A DNA stretch of 55,707 bases, the filler included, from Porpidia crustulata (taxonomy: Eukaryota), in the NCBI GenBank assembly GCA_964255105.1. It is 5 parts of 5 records of this genome, joined end to end, with 100 filler letters (N's around TTAATTAATTAA, not from the genome) between each part and the next. Parts side by side here need not be neighbours in the genome. Positions count along the whole stretch, not along the records: positions 1 to 11,064 come from CAXUWE010000700.1; positions 11,165 to 22,227 come from CAXUWE010000701.1; 3 more parts are not named here. One strand, given 5' to 3'. The notes under the pieces were generated by a model that was not told where the DNA came from, made no database searches, and worked only from the letters and a program-made list of their open reading frames with translations. How positions within the stretch are numbered: position 1 is the stretch's first letter; each line of letters starts with the position of its first letter. Shown here piece after piece: positions 1 to 11,866 of this stretch. Position numbers and translations under genes: made by a program.

Positions 1-1097
1 GGATTGGGGCGGTTTTGGGGTTTGGAGTTTAGGGGTAAAGGGTTCTGAATGGCCTGGGGAACAGAACTGCTTAATTCATGCATTAGACGGAGATTGCGCC
101 TGGGGAAGAGAGACGGGCGAGGTAATGACGATTGAAGCAGTCGATCCCCCCCCCCTGGGAGGATTCCTTACAAACGGGATCGACACAGGAATGGGAACGT
201 GAAATCGACGGATGGAGGAAATATAAAAGAACCTGACCACATGGTATTTTTGGTTGAGGAGACGAAAAATTCGAGTAAGAAAGATCCTACTCTGCAGCGG
301 AATTAATGCTAGCTGACATGATGTAATTCCAAAAGAAAAAAAAACCATCAGGGAATAAAAGCACCAAAGCGAGTGGTCTTTTACTACAAAGTAGTAGATA
401 TTCGCTATGATTGGATCTTTTTGGATAGAGAGATGACGTGGGGTCTGAGAGTGAGAGAATTTCTGAGATGGATAAATGGAGGGGGGTAGGTTATATCTAG
501 GATCGTGAAAGATAAGATTTCGGGAGGCGCTAGGGGTGAGGGATGGACTGCGTATGAAGAAATCGTATCATATGAAAGCGAAAGATGGTTGGCTGAGTCC
601 AGTTGCTGGGGAAGATTCAAAGGGAAAGGGAGAGAGTATGTATCATCCGCAACAAAGTGGAAAATCGGGATGACTCGCGGGAGAAAGCAGCGATTGAGCG
701 AGATTTTCCGCTTTCCGTATCTTCCCTCCTATCATGAAGACATCGAAGCCGTGCATGGGTTGCATGTGGCTCGAAAAGTCCGTCCGATGATGAGGCAGAA
801 TTCTACTCCCCCCCAGTCTCTAGATATAAGCAGCTAGGAAGATAGTCCTTGCGCGAAACGTCGTGTATATATTATAAGTATTCTTTAAAGGTTCCTTCTA
901 TGTGGTTTTATATCTATATTGCCAAACTTTTATGGTTTCGTGCAATTATTAAACGGTCCTTTGGAATTGTAGAGACGGTAGATTATATCCGAAAGAAGAA
1001 ATGGTGGAGTCGCACCACTAAAATCGATAGGATCACGCTACCGATCATATCGAGAGCGCGTTCATTCATCCAGTCGGTGTCGCAAACGGTTTGTTGA

Positions 1098-3980
1098 TCA
1101 AGGCGCCCAATCCCTCGTTGCCAAGTTTGCTTTGTTCCCCTGGGCGTAGGGGATACAGGTATGAACCGTCCGCTGATTCAAAACACTCGGCGTGTTGGTG
1201 GTGAAGAAGGGGCAATACCCAGACTTTTTGGGACACACTTGATCAGGGTTATTCTGACATGGGGCGTTCCTGGTCAATTCGGGGAGGTAAAGGCAATAAG
1301 CTATGGCCGGGCATGTCGACTCTGCCTTGACATAATTGTTGCAGGGAAAAGCGCATTGTCCCTTTGGGAAACACTTGAGCCGGCGACCTGGGATTGAGGC
1401 AGCACAGCTGTAGGGATCGGTTGGGTCGCACTGATCGCCGGGGTTCTTGGGCACTTTATCCATGCATACTTTTGAGTCTTGTTCTTGGCCAGTCATGTTA
1501 GCCGTGAAAGGAGCACTCGTCGCGTTCAATGCCTTGGCGCTCGGCGAATCGACCGTTGGGGGCGTTGGTACTTTAGCAACGACTCCAGCGGGCGGACCTT
1601 GAATATCCGTAAAGGTTCCGTTTGTCGCGAAGCGGGTTGCACATAGCTCCGGATGCGAGTAAGTCGCATTCACCACGTACCTCCATAAGCTGGTATAGTT
1701 ACTCCAAGTCTGGGCGGTATAGAAAATCCGACAGTTGGCCGCCTCGTATGCGAATTGCAAAGGAATGCTTTCGCCCTTGCGAATTTAGTCCCGAAGGTTC
1801 ATGGAGGCGGACGCCACCATATCCTGCAACCGGTCTGGTAAATAACCTTTGGTTGTGGTATTTATGCTTTCGGTAATTCGTATATCGAGGTCAATGCCTA
1901 GCACATTTGCAAACTGTGCTCCACGAGTTTCCCCAGGAGCCTGCATTGGGCCATATTCAGGCCGGCCTCCCACAACGACAGTATGTACTCCAGCCTCGTG
2001 GTGCATCAATTCAAGAAATACCGCACAGGTTGATGCACAAAGCGCATCAGTAAGCTGAGTGGCCGTGTGAGTTTCGAGGACAAGCATGATAATTGACACC
2101 ACTTACAATCGTAATATTCTCCGCGGGATATAACGGGGCCTCTGTTGCTGAGCGGTTACCAAATCCGTAAACACTGATTCCCAGGGCTCGATCGTCGAAT
2201 ATGGTACCGGACAGGTTCTCTCGTTCCTGATCAATGGTAAGTGATGTGTTGAACGACTTGCCGTGGACAAGAAACGTACAGTGGCCGTAAAGCTGTCCCC
2301 ATTGTAAAATTGAGGTCCAAAGAATTCGCCCCACGACGTAAAATTTGCCCCAGTAGCGGCATTGATGCGGTCTGTTGCGACAAAATTGCTTGCCGAGAAA
2401 TAGAAGTCGTCTGAATCGACCGAAGTATCGGGGGTCAGGGAGTCAAAGTATTCCGTAAAAGTGTTTCCGATCACGTCTGCTAGAGGATGGGCACGAAGTC
2501 TACTTCCTCTGAAGGGGTCACGTGTGGGAAAGAACTGGATGCAAGTCAGCGGATGGTTTACAGACTCGAAGTTACCAAGTACTCAACGTGTTTGAAAGTG
2601 TCCTCTGCCAAAAGCGAATCGCCACCTGAATTTTGTTGCACATCGATCACGATCCTGGTCAACCCAGCTGCGTAGCTCTGACGAAGAAATGAGCCAACAG
2701 TGGTGGAGAAGGAAAGTATATCGTCTCCGTACATCTGGAAAGTCGGGATACTGAGTACAGCTGTTGATACGTCCTTTAGAAAATAACCAGTCAGGAATCC
2801 ACCCCCGCTTGGATAAAGATTGGGCTGGTAGATATCAGCATTTTCCGGATAAGCAGAATCAGGCCACGAGGTAGGAGTCGCTGCCACTTCGACCGGAATA
2901 CTGCCTGTTGAGCTCGTTGTGGAAGAGCTTACGGGAGAGCTAATTGGCACATCCGTGATGAGAGCTTGTGAGCACGGGTCGGAGCCATTGAATCATACGA
3001 AGCAGGATACAAGCCGAGGACGAAGAAGTTGTAGAAATCTCCTCCTGTCAAGAGCGGTCCAGTGGGCCCGAAGCTTTTGTAAAACGCTCTCCACGGAACC
3101 GGATTGTTTTTGGTGCCATTCTCGAAACTTACAACCATATTTTCTCCGGGATAAAACTTCACATAGCCTTCGAGTATGCTGGACTCATCTTGGATATACA
3201 AACCATAGCTCGACATCAATTGATTCCAATCAGTATTGGATTCTAGGCCACCGATTGCGTTCGTCGCCGCAAAATGTGATAGGTAAGCCTTCACATCCTG
3301 GTCGTTGATGGTCTTTATCGCAGAAGCTTGCCAGGTTGGATCTTTGGCCATGATATCATCTTCCCAACTTTAGCATCGGAGACGGATTCTCGGAAGTCAG
3401 AACGTTACCTGTAACATACACCTTGGGCTCTTGAAGACCATCGGTCGACAACGATACGAGAGCATACGGACTTGCAGATGAAAAAATAGAAAAGAGTCCA
3501 GTTTCTAGTTGAAGATGAGAATCACGGGTCGACACAACCATTTTTTGCAGATTCGCCTCAAATTCGTATTGGCTGTTGATAGTGCCCGCTACTACGTCTT
3601 GGTAAATGGTGTTGATTCGCCCAATGACGTCGACTGCAGGTTGCTGATAACTCGACGGCGGGTTTTTGAGATAGGCCAAAGTGCTTTGAAACTGCAATGT
3701 GTCGTTGTAGTATTTCAAGAATAGCTTTGCCACTGCTCGGTCCAAGGGCACGCTTGTGAGACAGTCGTATGCCTCCTTAGATGTAAATGTAGTGTCTAGA
3801 CAGGATGAGCAGGGTTTTCGGTTGACATCAAGTACAGCACATACTACATGAATTTACAATATCGCCACATACGGTTGACTGAGCCACTTGAGCAGTAGAG
3901 ACTGCAGAAGGGCTAGAATCTACTGCCATGGCGAGTGACATGCCCAAGAACAAGCACGTAGTGACACGCACATAGAACAT
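1098..3980 (-). pseudogene. Secreted peptidase S41 family protein (CPAF/UstP-like) with Cys-rich C-terminal extension; disrupted by one frameshift and one in-frame stop
   Basis: Signal-peptide-like start MFYVRVTTCLFLGMSLAMA at 3980. Exons join across about 5 GT-AG introns. S41 motifs: AYDCLTSVP, FQSTLAYLKNPP, RDSHL, IVIDVQQNSGG, LTDALCASTCAVF (catalytic Ser region), VVVGGRP, QFAYEAANCRIFYT. Frame change near 2982 (YDSMAP/DPCSQ) and TAA at 1785-1787 inside NLRD*IRKGESIPLQF. Confidence 0.8.
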
Positions 3981-5540
3981 GGTGGTGACTATTACGAAAA
4001 CGACAGTAATGTAGAACAGCGAGGGAAAGTAAGTAACAGTGAAAGACAACAGGTTATGGCTCTAAGGGAGACAAGAAGTCAAAGAACCTGGCGGCTTTCG
4101 AAGGATTTCAGCCCTGAAAAGCAGAAGTAACGTCGGGCAGGACCAAGAACAATGTCTAGTAGGATGGAAGGTCATGACGAGAAGCTCGCGCGGTTTTTGC
4201 AGCTCAGGTGGCTGCGCCGCAAGGCAAACGTCGATCAAGGAGCGCAGATTACACTGGCAGAATAATCCGAAAGCAGCTTCTCAATCTCTTCTCATCTACC
4301 AAGGACATGCAAGCTCCTGCGTGAGCAAGTAGTTTAGTGATAGTATGTTTCGCCTCAAATCCAGCCTGCATCTCTTAGTCACTCGAACTTCCTTGACGAT
4401 CGCTGGAGATCTGTCGTTCTATCACGACATGCCCGCATGCCGATGTGACTGCAGCGGCGCAGAGCAAGCATGGGCAGAAGTAGCAGGGCCAGAAGCCATG
4501 CTTGTATACTGACACGCTATGTCAAGGTATGGATTGGTGGATCCGTCCTATGCGTGGAGACATGAGCGGCTGAATAAGATGGACAATCTTAGACTTTCGG
4601 GAGACGCTTCCCCCTGGTACGATGCCACACGTGACTCAACAGGTAATCCCGTTCATCTCGTCTTCCATTTACAGGCCCCTGGCATGTTATACTTTGGATG
4701 TTCGGACAAAGAAGGTCAGGTATCTACCTACCCACGCAGGCAGCAATCAGATTGCATCTCCGTTAGTTATTACCCACTGAGCCTCATGATAATGGTAATC
4801 CGAAGGGCTTTTGCACAACTTTGACCTGTGTCTGAGAATGATTGGTAGCGTGATGGTGGAGAGGTAAGGTAGATAACTGGATTTGGGATCACGCCGCATA
4901 ATGATTCCTTCATCTCCTGCCGACAAATGGACATATCGCTGGTCTAGCCCGTTTAAGCTATAGGGTTGGCACGCCAGCCACCCAGCCCCTTAGCGTAGAC
5001 AGGCAGTCTCGGCTCTGCCGCACGTTACCCTAACAATTCGATACTGTAAAGTCCTCGCTCTCCTTCAAATTGGATGATCCAGTCGAGTAAATTACTAAGA
5101 TTGTCTTCCGAAGAGAGTGTCGGCGCGACAGCAAGTAATAGGTCGAACGTAGGCCTATTTACTTTATACAACAGAGAATTCCCACATCAACGGCACAAAA
5201 TGCAAATAAGGCAAGCAAGGCAAACAATGCAATCGAACCAAATGTCTAAGGTACCTAAGCCCCGATGGCACTGTAACGCTGTCTGTTTCCGCGGGTATAG
5301 TCATCTATTGGCCCCATCCACCAAGGGGCCTGTACAGCTGAACAAGGTTCTGTGTTCGGGCACAGGAGGAATACTACGTTGGTTTTGATATTGGTATAGA
5401 TCGTTTCACATTCTCGTTGTCATATTCTCGTTGCACGCCTGTTCTCCGCCTTTGTAAATATTATGCATTGATGTTGCTCTCGTTCCGTGAATCTTCCCTG
5501 CTTTCTCACCCAAGCATTTCGATGCGCCTGCGATATGGTC

Positions 5541-8500
5541 ATGGACCCTCTAAGTATCTCAACCGCAATTCCCGCGGTTCTCGGTTCTGTCCCCACGGTG
5601 GTCACGATCGTCAGCAGTGTCAGAGAAGCCCTTGATAAACGTAAAAAGCTATTAGACAAGCTTGAGGTATTTCGATATGCGCTTGAAGGCCTGAACGAAC
5701 ATGTGCGGCGTTGTTCACCTGGTGACCCATGGCTCGATGGACTGCTATACCTTCGTGAACCGGTTGTCGACCATAAAGATCCCCGGTCAGTAGTCGAATA
5801 TACTCGCAAAGGACTTATACCGCAGCTCGAGCGGGTAATTGGTGAAATGAATCTGATGCTGAATCCAACGAATCGGATTAAACAATATCACATCGTTCAA
5901 CGCACTACATATCACTGGGACAAGGACAAATTTGATGAGACGATCAAGGAACTCAACGAATGCTGTACAATGATTACCCTTTTCATATCAGGCGGCTCGA
6001 AGAAAGATGCCGAGAGATATTTTGAAAGAAGCTTGACCCAGGGGCAAAGACATGAACTCCAATTAATTACCCTCAGCACAGAATTTAGTAAATTTATAAT
6101 AGAGCTCAGAGATGAGACTGAGAATGAAGGCACAAGAGCCTGGCTTTCACCTTTCGACTTTTTGGCCAAGCAAGACGCTTTGATTGAGGGAAATTTTGAT
6201 ACCGGTGAGTGGTTGTTGAACTCCTTTCAGTTCAGGAGCTGGCTTGAGGGCCGCCCGTGGTACCTGAGATGCCTTGGAGAACCAGGATCTGGCAAGGTAT
6301 GCAGACAGTCATCACTTAGAGGTTCTCGATTGACGTTTCCCGCAGACAGTTCTTTCAGCGATTGTGGTCGACCACCTCCAAAGACACTACCAATCTCCGT
6401 CTGTCCCTGTTCTCTGTTTATACCTGAGTTATAAAGCCGCAGAGCTTCAAACACTAGGAAACATCGTTGGGAGCCTACTTAAGCAATTAGTACAATTAGA
6501 ACAACTCCACCCTATCTTAGATGATCTGAGGAAAACATATCGAAAAGCAAAGAACATTCGATCAAAGCCGAAGCTGCGAGAACTATGCAACTTGTTGAGT
6601 GAGGTAGTCGCAAATTACGAGAGAGTTTATATCGTGGTTGACGCACTCGATGAATCCAACGAAGTAGTCCGACGTGATTTGCTTCGGGAAATTCGGAAAC
6701 TCAATGTAGCAAAGATAAGTCTGATGGTCACCTCTCGATCTACGACTGGAGATGTTCGAAACGACGACATTATCAAATGTGACCGATGCGAAACCGAAAA
6801 TATCACTTTGTATTTCCGCTGCCAAATATGTGATGGGGGAAACTATGACATTTGTTACAGCTGTAAAAAGAATAGTACCACGTGTCTGGATGTTTTGCAT
6901 GTATTAGTCGAACCCTACAGTCGAATCGAACTCGATATCCGCACTCCAATTGATGTGATAGAGCGGTATATACGACGCGAGATTGGTACAAAACTCGGAG
7001 ACGAAGACTCAATCATCAGAGATGAGCGTCTCCATCCAGAGCCGCTTGACACGACGAGGTTTCAAGACATGTGTAAACAAAATCCGAAGCTGATAGAAAA
7101 GATCCCCCGAGTTATCAAGGAGAGAGCAGATGGCAAATTTTTGTACGCAAAACTCTATATAGACTCGCTGAAGGTATTGCCAACGGTCCACCATATCAAA
7201 AAGGCATTGGAGAAATTTCCGCCCGAATTGGACGGGATTTATGCGGAAGCTATGCAGCGCATTGGAGCTCAAAGAAGTGAAGATAAGAAGCTTGCCTTCA
7301 GAGTATTGGCTTTTATGGTTTGTGCTCATCAGAATATGGACTTGCTAGAGTTACAGGAGTTATTGGCAGTTGAGGAGTTTGGCCTTGAATTCGCTGAATT
7401 GATGACAGCGATAGCGACAGTGAGGTTGACTACGATAGGGCCAAGGCCTCCCCGTACCCTAAAAAGGTTATCCTCGACAGCACTGCTGGGCTTGTCGCTA
7501 TTGACCGTGATGAGAAGTTTGTGGGGCTAGTTCATACAACCCTGCAGGATTATTTGAATGTTGAATTGGGTACTTGGAAGCCAAATGCCGAGCCAGAAAT
7601 AGCCATTGCATGTCTCAATTATTTAAATGTAGCTGGTGTCGTCAAACCGTGTGGTGATGAAGATCTTGCTCTTAAGTTAAAGAAATATCCCCTGATCTCA
7701 TACGCTTCGCAGCATTGGGGAGATCATGTTTGTCGTGGCCTGGCCGATTCGGAAGTTCGAACCGCTGTGATTGAGACCCTCAACGACCCCTATCGACTCT
7801 AAGCGTATGTTCAAGCAGCCTGGTGGTCGAGTAAAGGTGGATACAGATGCTGGGATGTTTATAAAGGCGTTGATCGCCTTCATGTATGTGCTTGGTATGG
7901 GCTAGTTGCGATATTCCTCACCATCGATTCGGAAGAACCCACGATCGAACTTGATGTCACCGAACCAAGATATGGACAAACACCCTTAATGTATGCATGT
8001 AGAAATGCGCACGTCGACACTGCAGCGCGGTTGCTAGATCTTGGGGCCTCTTTAAACATATTGAGCGGACAAGGCCGATCAGCTCTGATGGAAGCTACTG
8101 CGAGAAATCACACAGAGGTTGTTCAGATGCTTATCAGCAGAGAGACCCCAGTACTGGATATCAACGCTGTGAATCCCAAAGAGTTCAATCGCACATCGCT
8201 CATGCTAGCTGCACATCTGGGATATACTGAAATTGTAAAGCTACTAATGCAACATTCGGATGTGGATTTGAACTGTCAGGACGAATTTGGATATTCTGCG
8301 CTGTCCCTTGCAATAATGGAGACTCGTGATGAAATTCTTGATCTTCTGTTGACCTGTTACGATACCGAAGATGGAACCAGGACGAAGGCCGACGTCAATC
8401 TCTTCGAATCTCTTGGAAGGCGAACACCATTGATATTAGCGGCAGAAAGAAACAATAGTACAGCCGTGACCTTATTGCTTCGAGACCGTGGTTTGGAACA

Positions 8501-9614
8501 ATCGTCTCATACAGATCTTCTTGGCGGTACTGCGATGCTGCGCGCAATAGATACTGGAAGCATCGAAGCTCTCAAAACCATGCTGGCGTATGGAGTCGAC
8601 TTGCGGTGCGTCGATGACGACAAACGAAGTCTTCTCCATGGAGCAAGTATAGGTGGACATGCTGAAATTACACGCCTGCTACTCAGAGAAGGTCTTGATC
8701 CAGGGCTCTTGGACAACAACAACGTAACTCCACTTCATGATGCATGCCGTAGCGGTAGCATTCAGACGGTACAGGCGTTGCTAGATTTCAAAGCTGATCA
8801 GACAGTGGAAGATAATTTTGGCCGGACGCCTTTGCAAGTCGCATGGCAGTATGGCCACCCTCGAATTATGACTTTACTCGGAGACAATCGAGGCAGCTCA
8901 AGCGCAAAGGAGTACACAGATATCCCCAACGCAGAAAACTTACCAATATGGGCACATGCGCGATTAGGATTCAAAGAGCTTATCCAGCAAGCTCTCAAAG
9001 TCAAGAACGAGGACATCTCTCAATTAGAGCCTACTAGCAACAACACAGCGCTTCATTGTGCTATCCAAGGCGGCCACATCGAGATTGTCAGTATGCTACT
9101 TCATAATAACCAGGTAGCCTCTACCGGGCGCAATGTCTACCTTCGTACTCCTTTACATCTAGCAGCCCTGCTAAACAACCACCCAGCAGTAATCCTCCTA
9201 ATCGACCACTACGTAAGGCTCGACCCTTCGGAGCTGGATGTGAAAGACCGATGGGGCTACACTGCTTCATCTCTTGCCTGGTGGCAAAACCACCGCCGCG
9301 TCACCATTACCCTCGTAGGAGCAGGCGCCCAAATCGACACGCACAAGGTCAATGTGCAAAAGTTATTCTTCGTTGCTGTCAAGGCTGGGAGCGTCAAAGC
9401 CGTCGAGGCGGCGATTGCACACGGTGCTGATGCGGCTGCGAGGGACGACGATGGGATGACGGGAGTACAGGTAGCGATAGCGGCGGATGATGAGGACATG
9501 GTAGTCTTGTTGAGGAGTAATCAGAGCTTCTACTATTCTGTGGGCAGCAAGGAAATAGAGGACATATCTGAAAGGAAGAATGCGGGAAGAGGAGTGATAC
9601 TTGCAGCTTCATAA
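5541..9614 (+). pseudogene. Fungal NLR-like STAND protein: HeLo/SesA-like N-terminal helical domain, NACHT with inserted ZZ zinc finger, winged helix, ankyrin repeats; disrupted
   Basis: MDPLS start typical of fungal STAND N-terminal domains. Walker A GEPGSGK|T is split by intron 6297-6345. Walker B YIVVDALDE; ADGKFLYAKLY; winged helix ILDSTAGLV..LVHTTLQDY; many ankyrin motifs (GQTPLMYA, RTSLMLAA, TPLHDAC, TALHCA, TPLHLAA). Frameshift near 7399 and in-frame TAA at 7800-7802. Confidence 0.82.
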
Positions 9615-10320
9615 TCGTTTAAACAATCTATAAAATACCTACGCCCTTTATGTTCAGTTGCACTAGCCTGGTTACTGCCAACTCGCTATTACCTTACATC
9701 TGTTAGTATTAAAGATCTTTGGCAAGCTACTCTAGCAGTCCATTTTGATTCATGAACTTGTCGAAAAAATGATTTGCTATCCACGGCAAAGTTATGGTTT
9801 GTCGCTCAGAATATTAATGAAGGTTGAGAGTAGAAACAGACATGCCTCAAACAATATATCAACCCCCACAGCCCTCAATCTCTCTCCCTCCCCATCTTTC
9901 ATTTTCAATCCATGGAAAAAATATCGTCTCCCCGCATCCTAAGCCTGTGCTCCAGATTTTTCAGCCTTGACCTCCGTATGACCAAATCAGCAGACAATAC
10001 ATCAGGGATTGTTCTCTGATCTTCTTGTCTTCAAGCGGGAAAATAGCAGCATGTCAAGATCTCCACGATCCGATGGGAGTACAACGATGTGCGTTAGAAC
10101 GGATATCTGAGGTACAAGTGGATCGAGATTTATGACGGACAGAACGAAGATGAATAACTATAAGCATTGTGATTTAAATGCACTGAATATCACTCGTGTA
10201 GATATTTAAAAATAATACATCTAAAGGTATGTTTGGATGATCAGACGAAGAAAATACAGAACAGTTTGCCCTGAATTCGTGCGAAAAACCATATGCTCCC
10301 CAAGCGGATACCATAACCAC

Positions 10321-10406
10321 TACTCGTTTCCACCCCTCATGGGGCCCGCCACAACAAAAAGACTAAACGCTAGGTGTAGTGGGCCGATGAGGGGTGGAAA
10401 CGAGTA
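10321..10406. mobile_element. Miniature inverted-repeat element (MITE-like), TA-flanked, Tc1/mariner-pogo type
   Basis: CTACTCGTTTCCACCCCTCAT (10320-10340) is a perfect inverted repeat of ATGAGGGGTGGAAACGAGTAG (10387-10407), with imperfect inward extension. TA at 10321-10322 and 10405-10406 could be a target-site duplication. Confidence 0.55.
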
Positions 10407-10645
10407 GGCTATCAAGGATGTTTCATGGAAAGGATGGATCTGGAATAAATTCTATCGTTTATCTCAATAACAATCGCAAAGTCTCCATTCGTCCCGGCAT
10501 TACACAGACAGGACGGCTAATAGAAGCGGCGGTGCAAAGCGGAAGCGTAACACCGGACTAGCGCCTTCAACCTCTCCACTTTCGTCTAACCTCCACCTGT
10601 GATCGTCTTGTGCTCAGCACAATTTTGTCGGAATAAAATTGCAGC

Positions 10646-11064
10646 ATGTCGGGCAATAAGTTCTGCCCCTCTGTTGCTCTGCTGAGGTGCTTCAGACAAC
10701 GACCAAACTCGGGGCAATGCCTCCAACAAATCACTATAAAACCCCGCAGGGCCATCCACAGCTCCAAACCTCTCCACGAAGCTCCCAAGGACGAAGCTCC
10801 CAACGATCTCAAAAAAGATTTCAGAGGTCAATTGTATGAAAGTACAGCACAGAGATTGCAGCGTGAGCGAGAGGAGCAAAAACGTTTTGCTGAAGCACGT
10901 GGAGAAAGCAGCGCAGGTCGCAATTTTGCTGTTACCTTTGGTAGCTTTTCTTCGCATGATTGAGTGATCATCACTGACATCAGACAGTAATCCTTGCATC
11001 TTCGCTGTCATGCTACATTTTTGGCACTTTGAGGCCTGTCCCCCCAACCCCAGACTCGACAGCC
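10646..11064 (+). CDS. DLD1: Probable mitochondrial D-lactate dehydrogenase (cytochrome), 5' fragment cut by contig end
   Basis: Arg-rich mitochondrial presequence, then FRGQLYESTAQRLQREREEQKRF, an intron at about 10941-10987, and a TM segment VILASSLSCYIFGTLRP..PDSTA. This matches my recollection of Pezizomycotina Dld1 N-termini; the catalytic domains are not in the window. Confidence 0.55.
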
Positions 11065-11164
11065 NNNNNNNNNNNNNNNNNNNNNNNNNNNNNNNNNNNN
11101 NNNNNNNNTTAATTAATTAANNNNNNNNNNNNNNNNNNNNNNNNNNNNNNNNNNNNNNNNNNNN
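11065..11164. other. Artificial contig spacer (N44-TTAATTAATTAA-N44)
   Basis: 100-bp N-run with an all-frame stop linker. Confidence 0.98.
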
Positions 11165-11866
11165 GTACATGATTGTATCTATCGTTAGTGGAGCTATATA
11201 ATCAGGTACAGGTGTGGCCCGTGTTTGATATATTTCTCTGCTTTTCGCTCGGAAGCGTTTGCCGCAGGGAAAATATTTCACCGTCTTCACAATCGATCTC
11301 AAGCCTTGCGCGTACTCGCAACTACCATCTGGCCTCATCGGCGAAGTAACCCGTTCAATCCCAGATCCGTTTAACGGTAGATTGCGAGTCCAAGACCCCA
11401 AGAATTTTCTACAGACCACGCTCATGTGCCAGCAGTCGCATCATCTTATGTATAAAATACATAGGTACCGAAGAAGCTATGGCGTAGCCGTCAAAAAAAC
11501 ACACAAGGAAGCTCCCTCCCAGTGGCAAAAAGTATTGGATATCCCTCTTGAAAAATCTTGATACTCTTCGTGTCCATCCATACCTTACCCAACCCCCTCG
11601 AGTCGCCACCTATGTTGTGTTTTTGGCCCGCCTTAATTTTGACAGATCGTCCCACTCCAAAGATACATGTAGGTAAAAGCACCAGAGGATATGCCAGCAG
11701 ATTCCCTAGGTTTGTCGTGGTGTGGAGAAAAAAATATGAGATTCGTTCAGAAAAGAATGTTTCGCTGGATATCACGCCAGCCACAGAAGACACGGGGCAG
11801 AAGTAAATGATGTACAGATATTCGTATTTCCACAAGATGTCGTCTGTGATGGCGGATGATGCATTT

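Noticed and set aside
1..45. G-rich start (TTTAGGGG, GGGGTTTGG) resembling a telomere
   Set aside because: No regular TTAGGG array and wrong orientation for a left end; a low-complexity contig break.
76..1097. Short ORFs at the window start, also 4519-4824, 5074-5388 and 52454-53690
   Set aside because: No domain motifs, splice support or coding bias; treated as intergenic.
1785..7802. Alternative genetic code (TAA = Gln) or A-to-I stop-codon editing as the explanation for the two in-frame TAA codons
   Set aside because: TAA terminates other genes here (NLR end, JSN1); both genes also have frameshifts; A-to-I rescue mainly converts TAG to TGG (Trp), which does not fit the Gln expected in the S41 gene.
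11109..11120. TTAATTAATTAA palindrome recurring about every 11.16 kb
   Set aside because: Embedded in N-runs; a synthetic all-frame stop linker, not biological periodicity.
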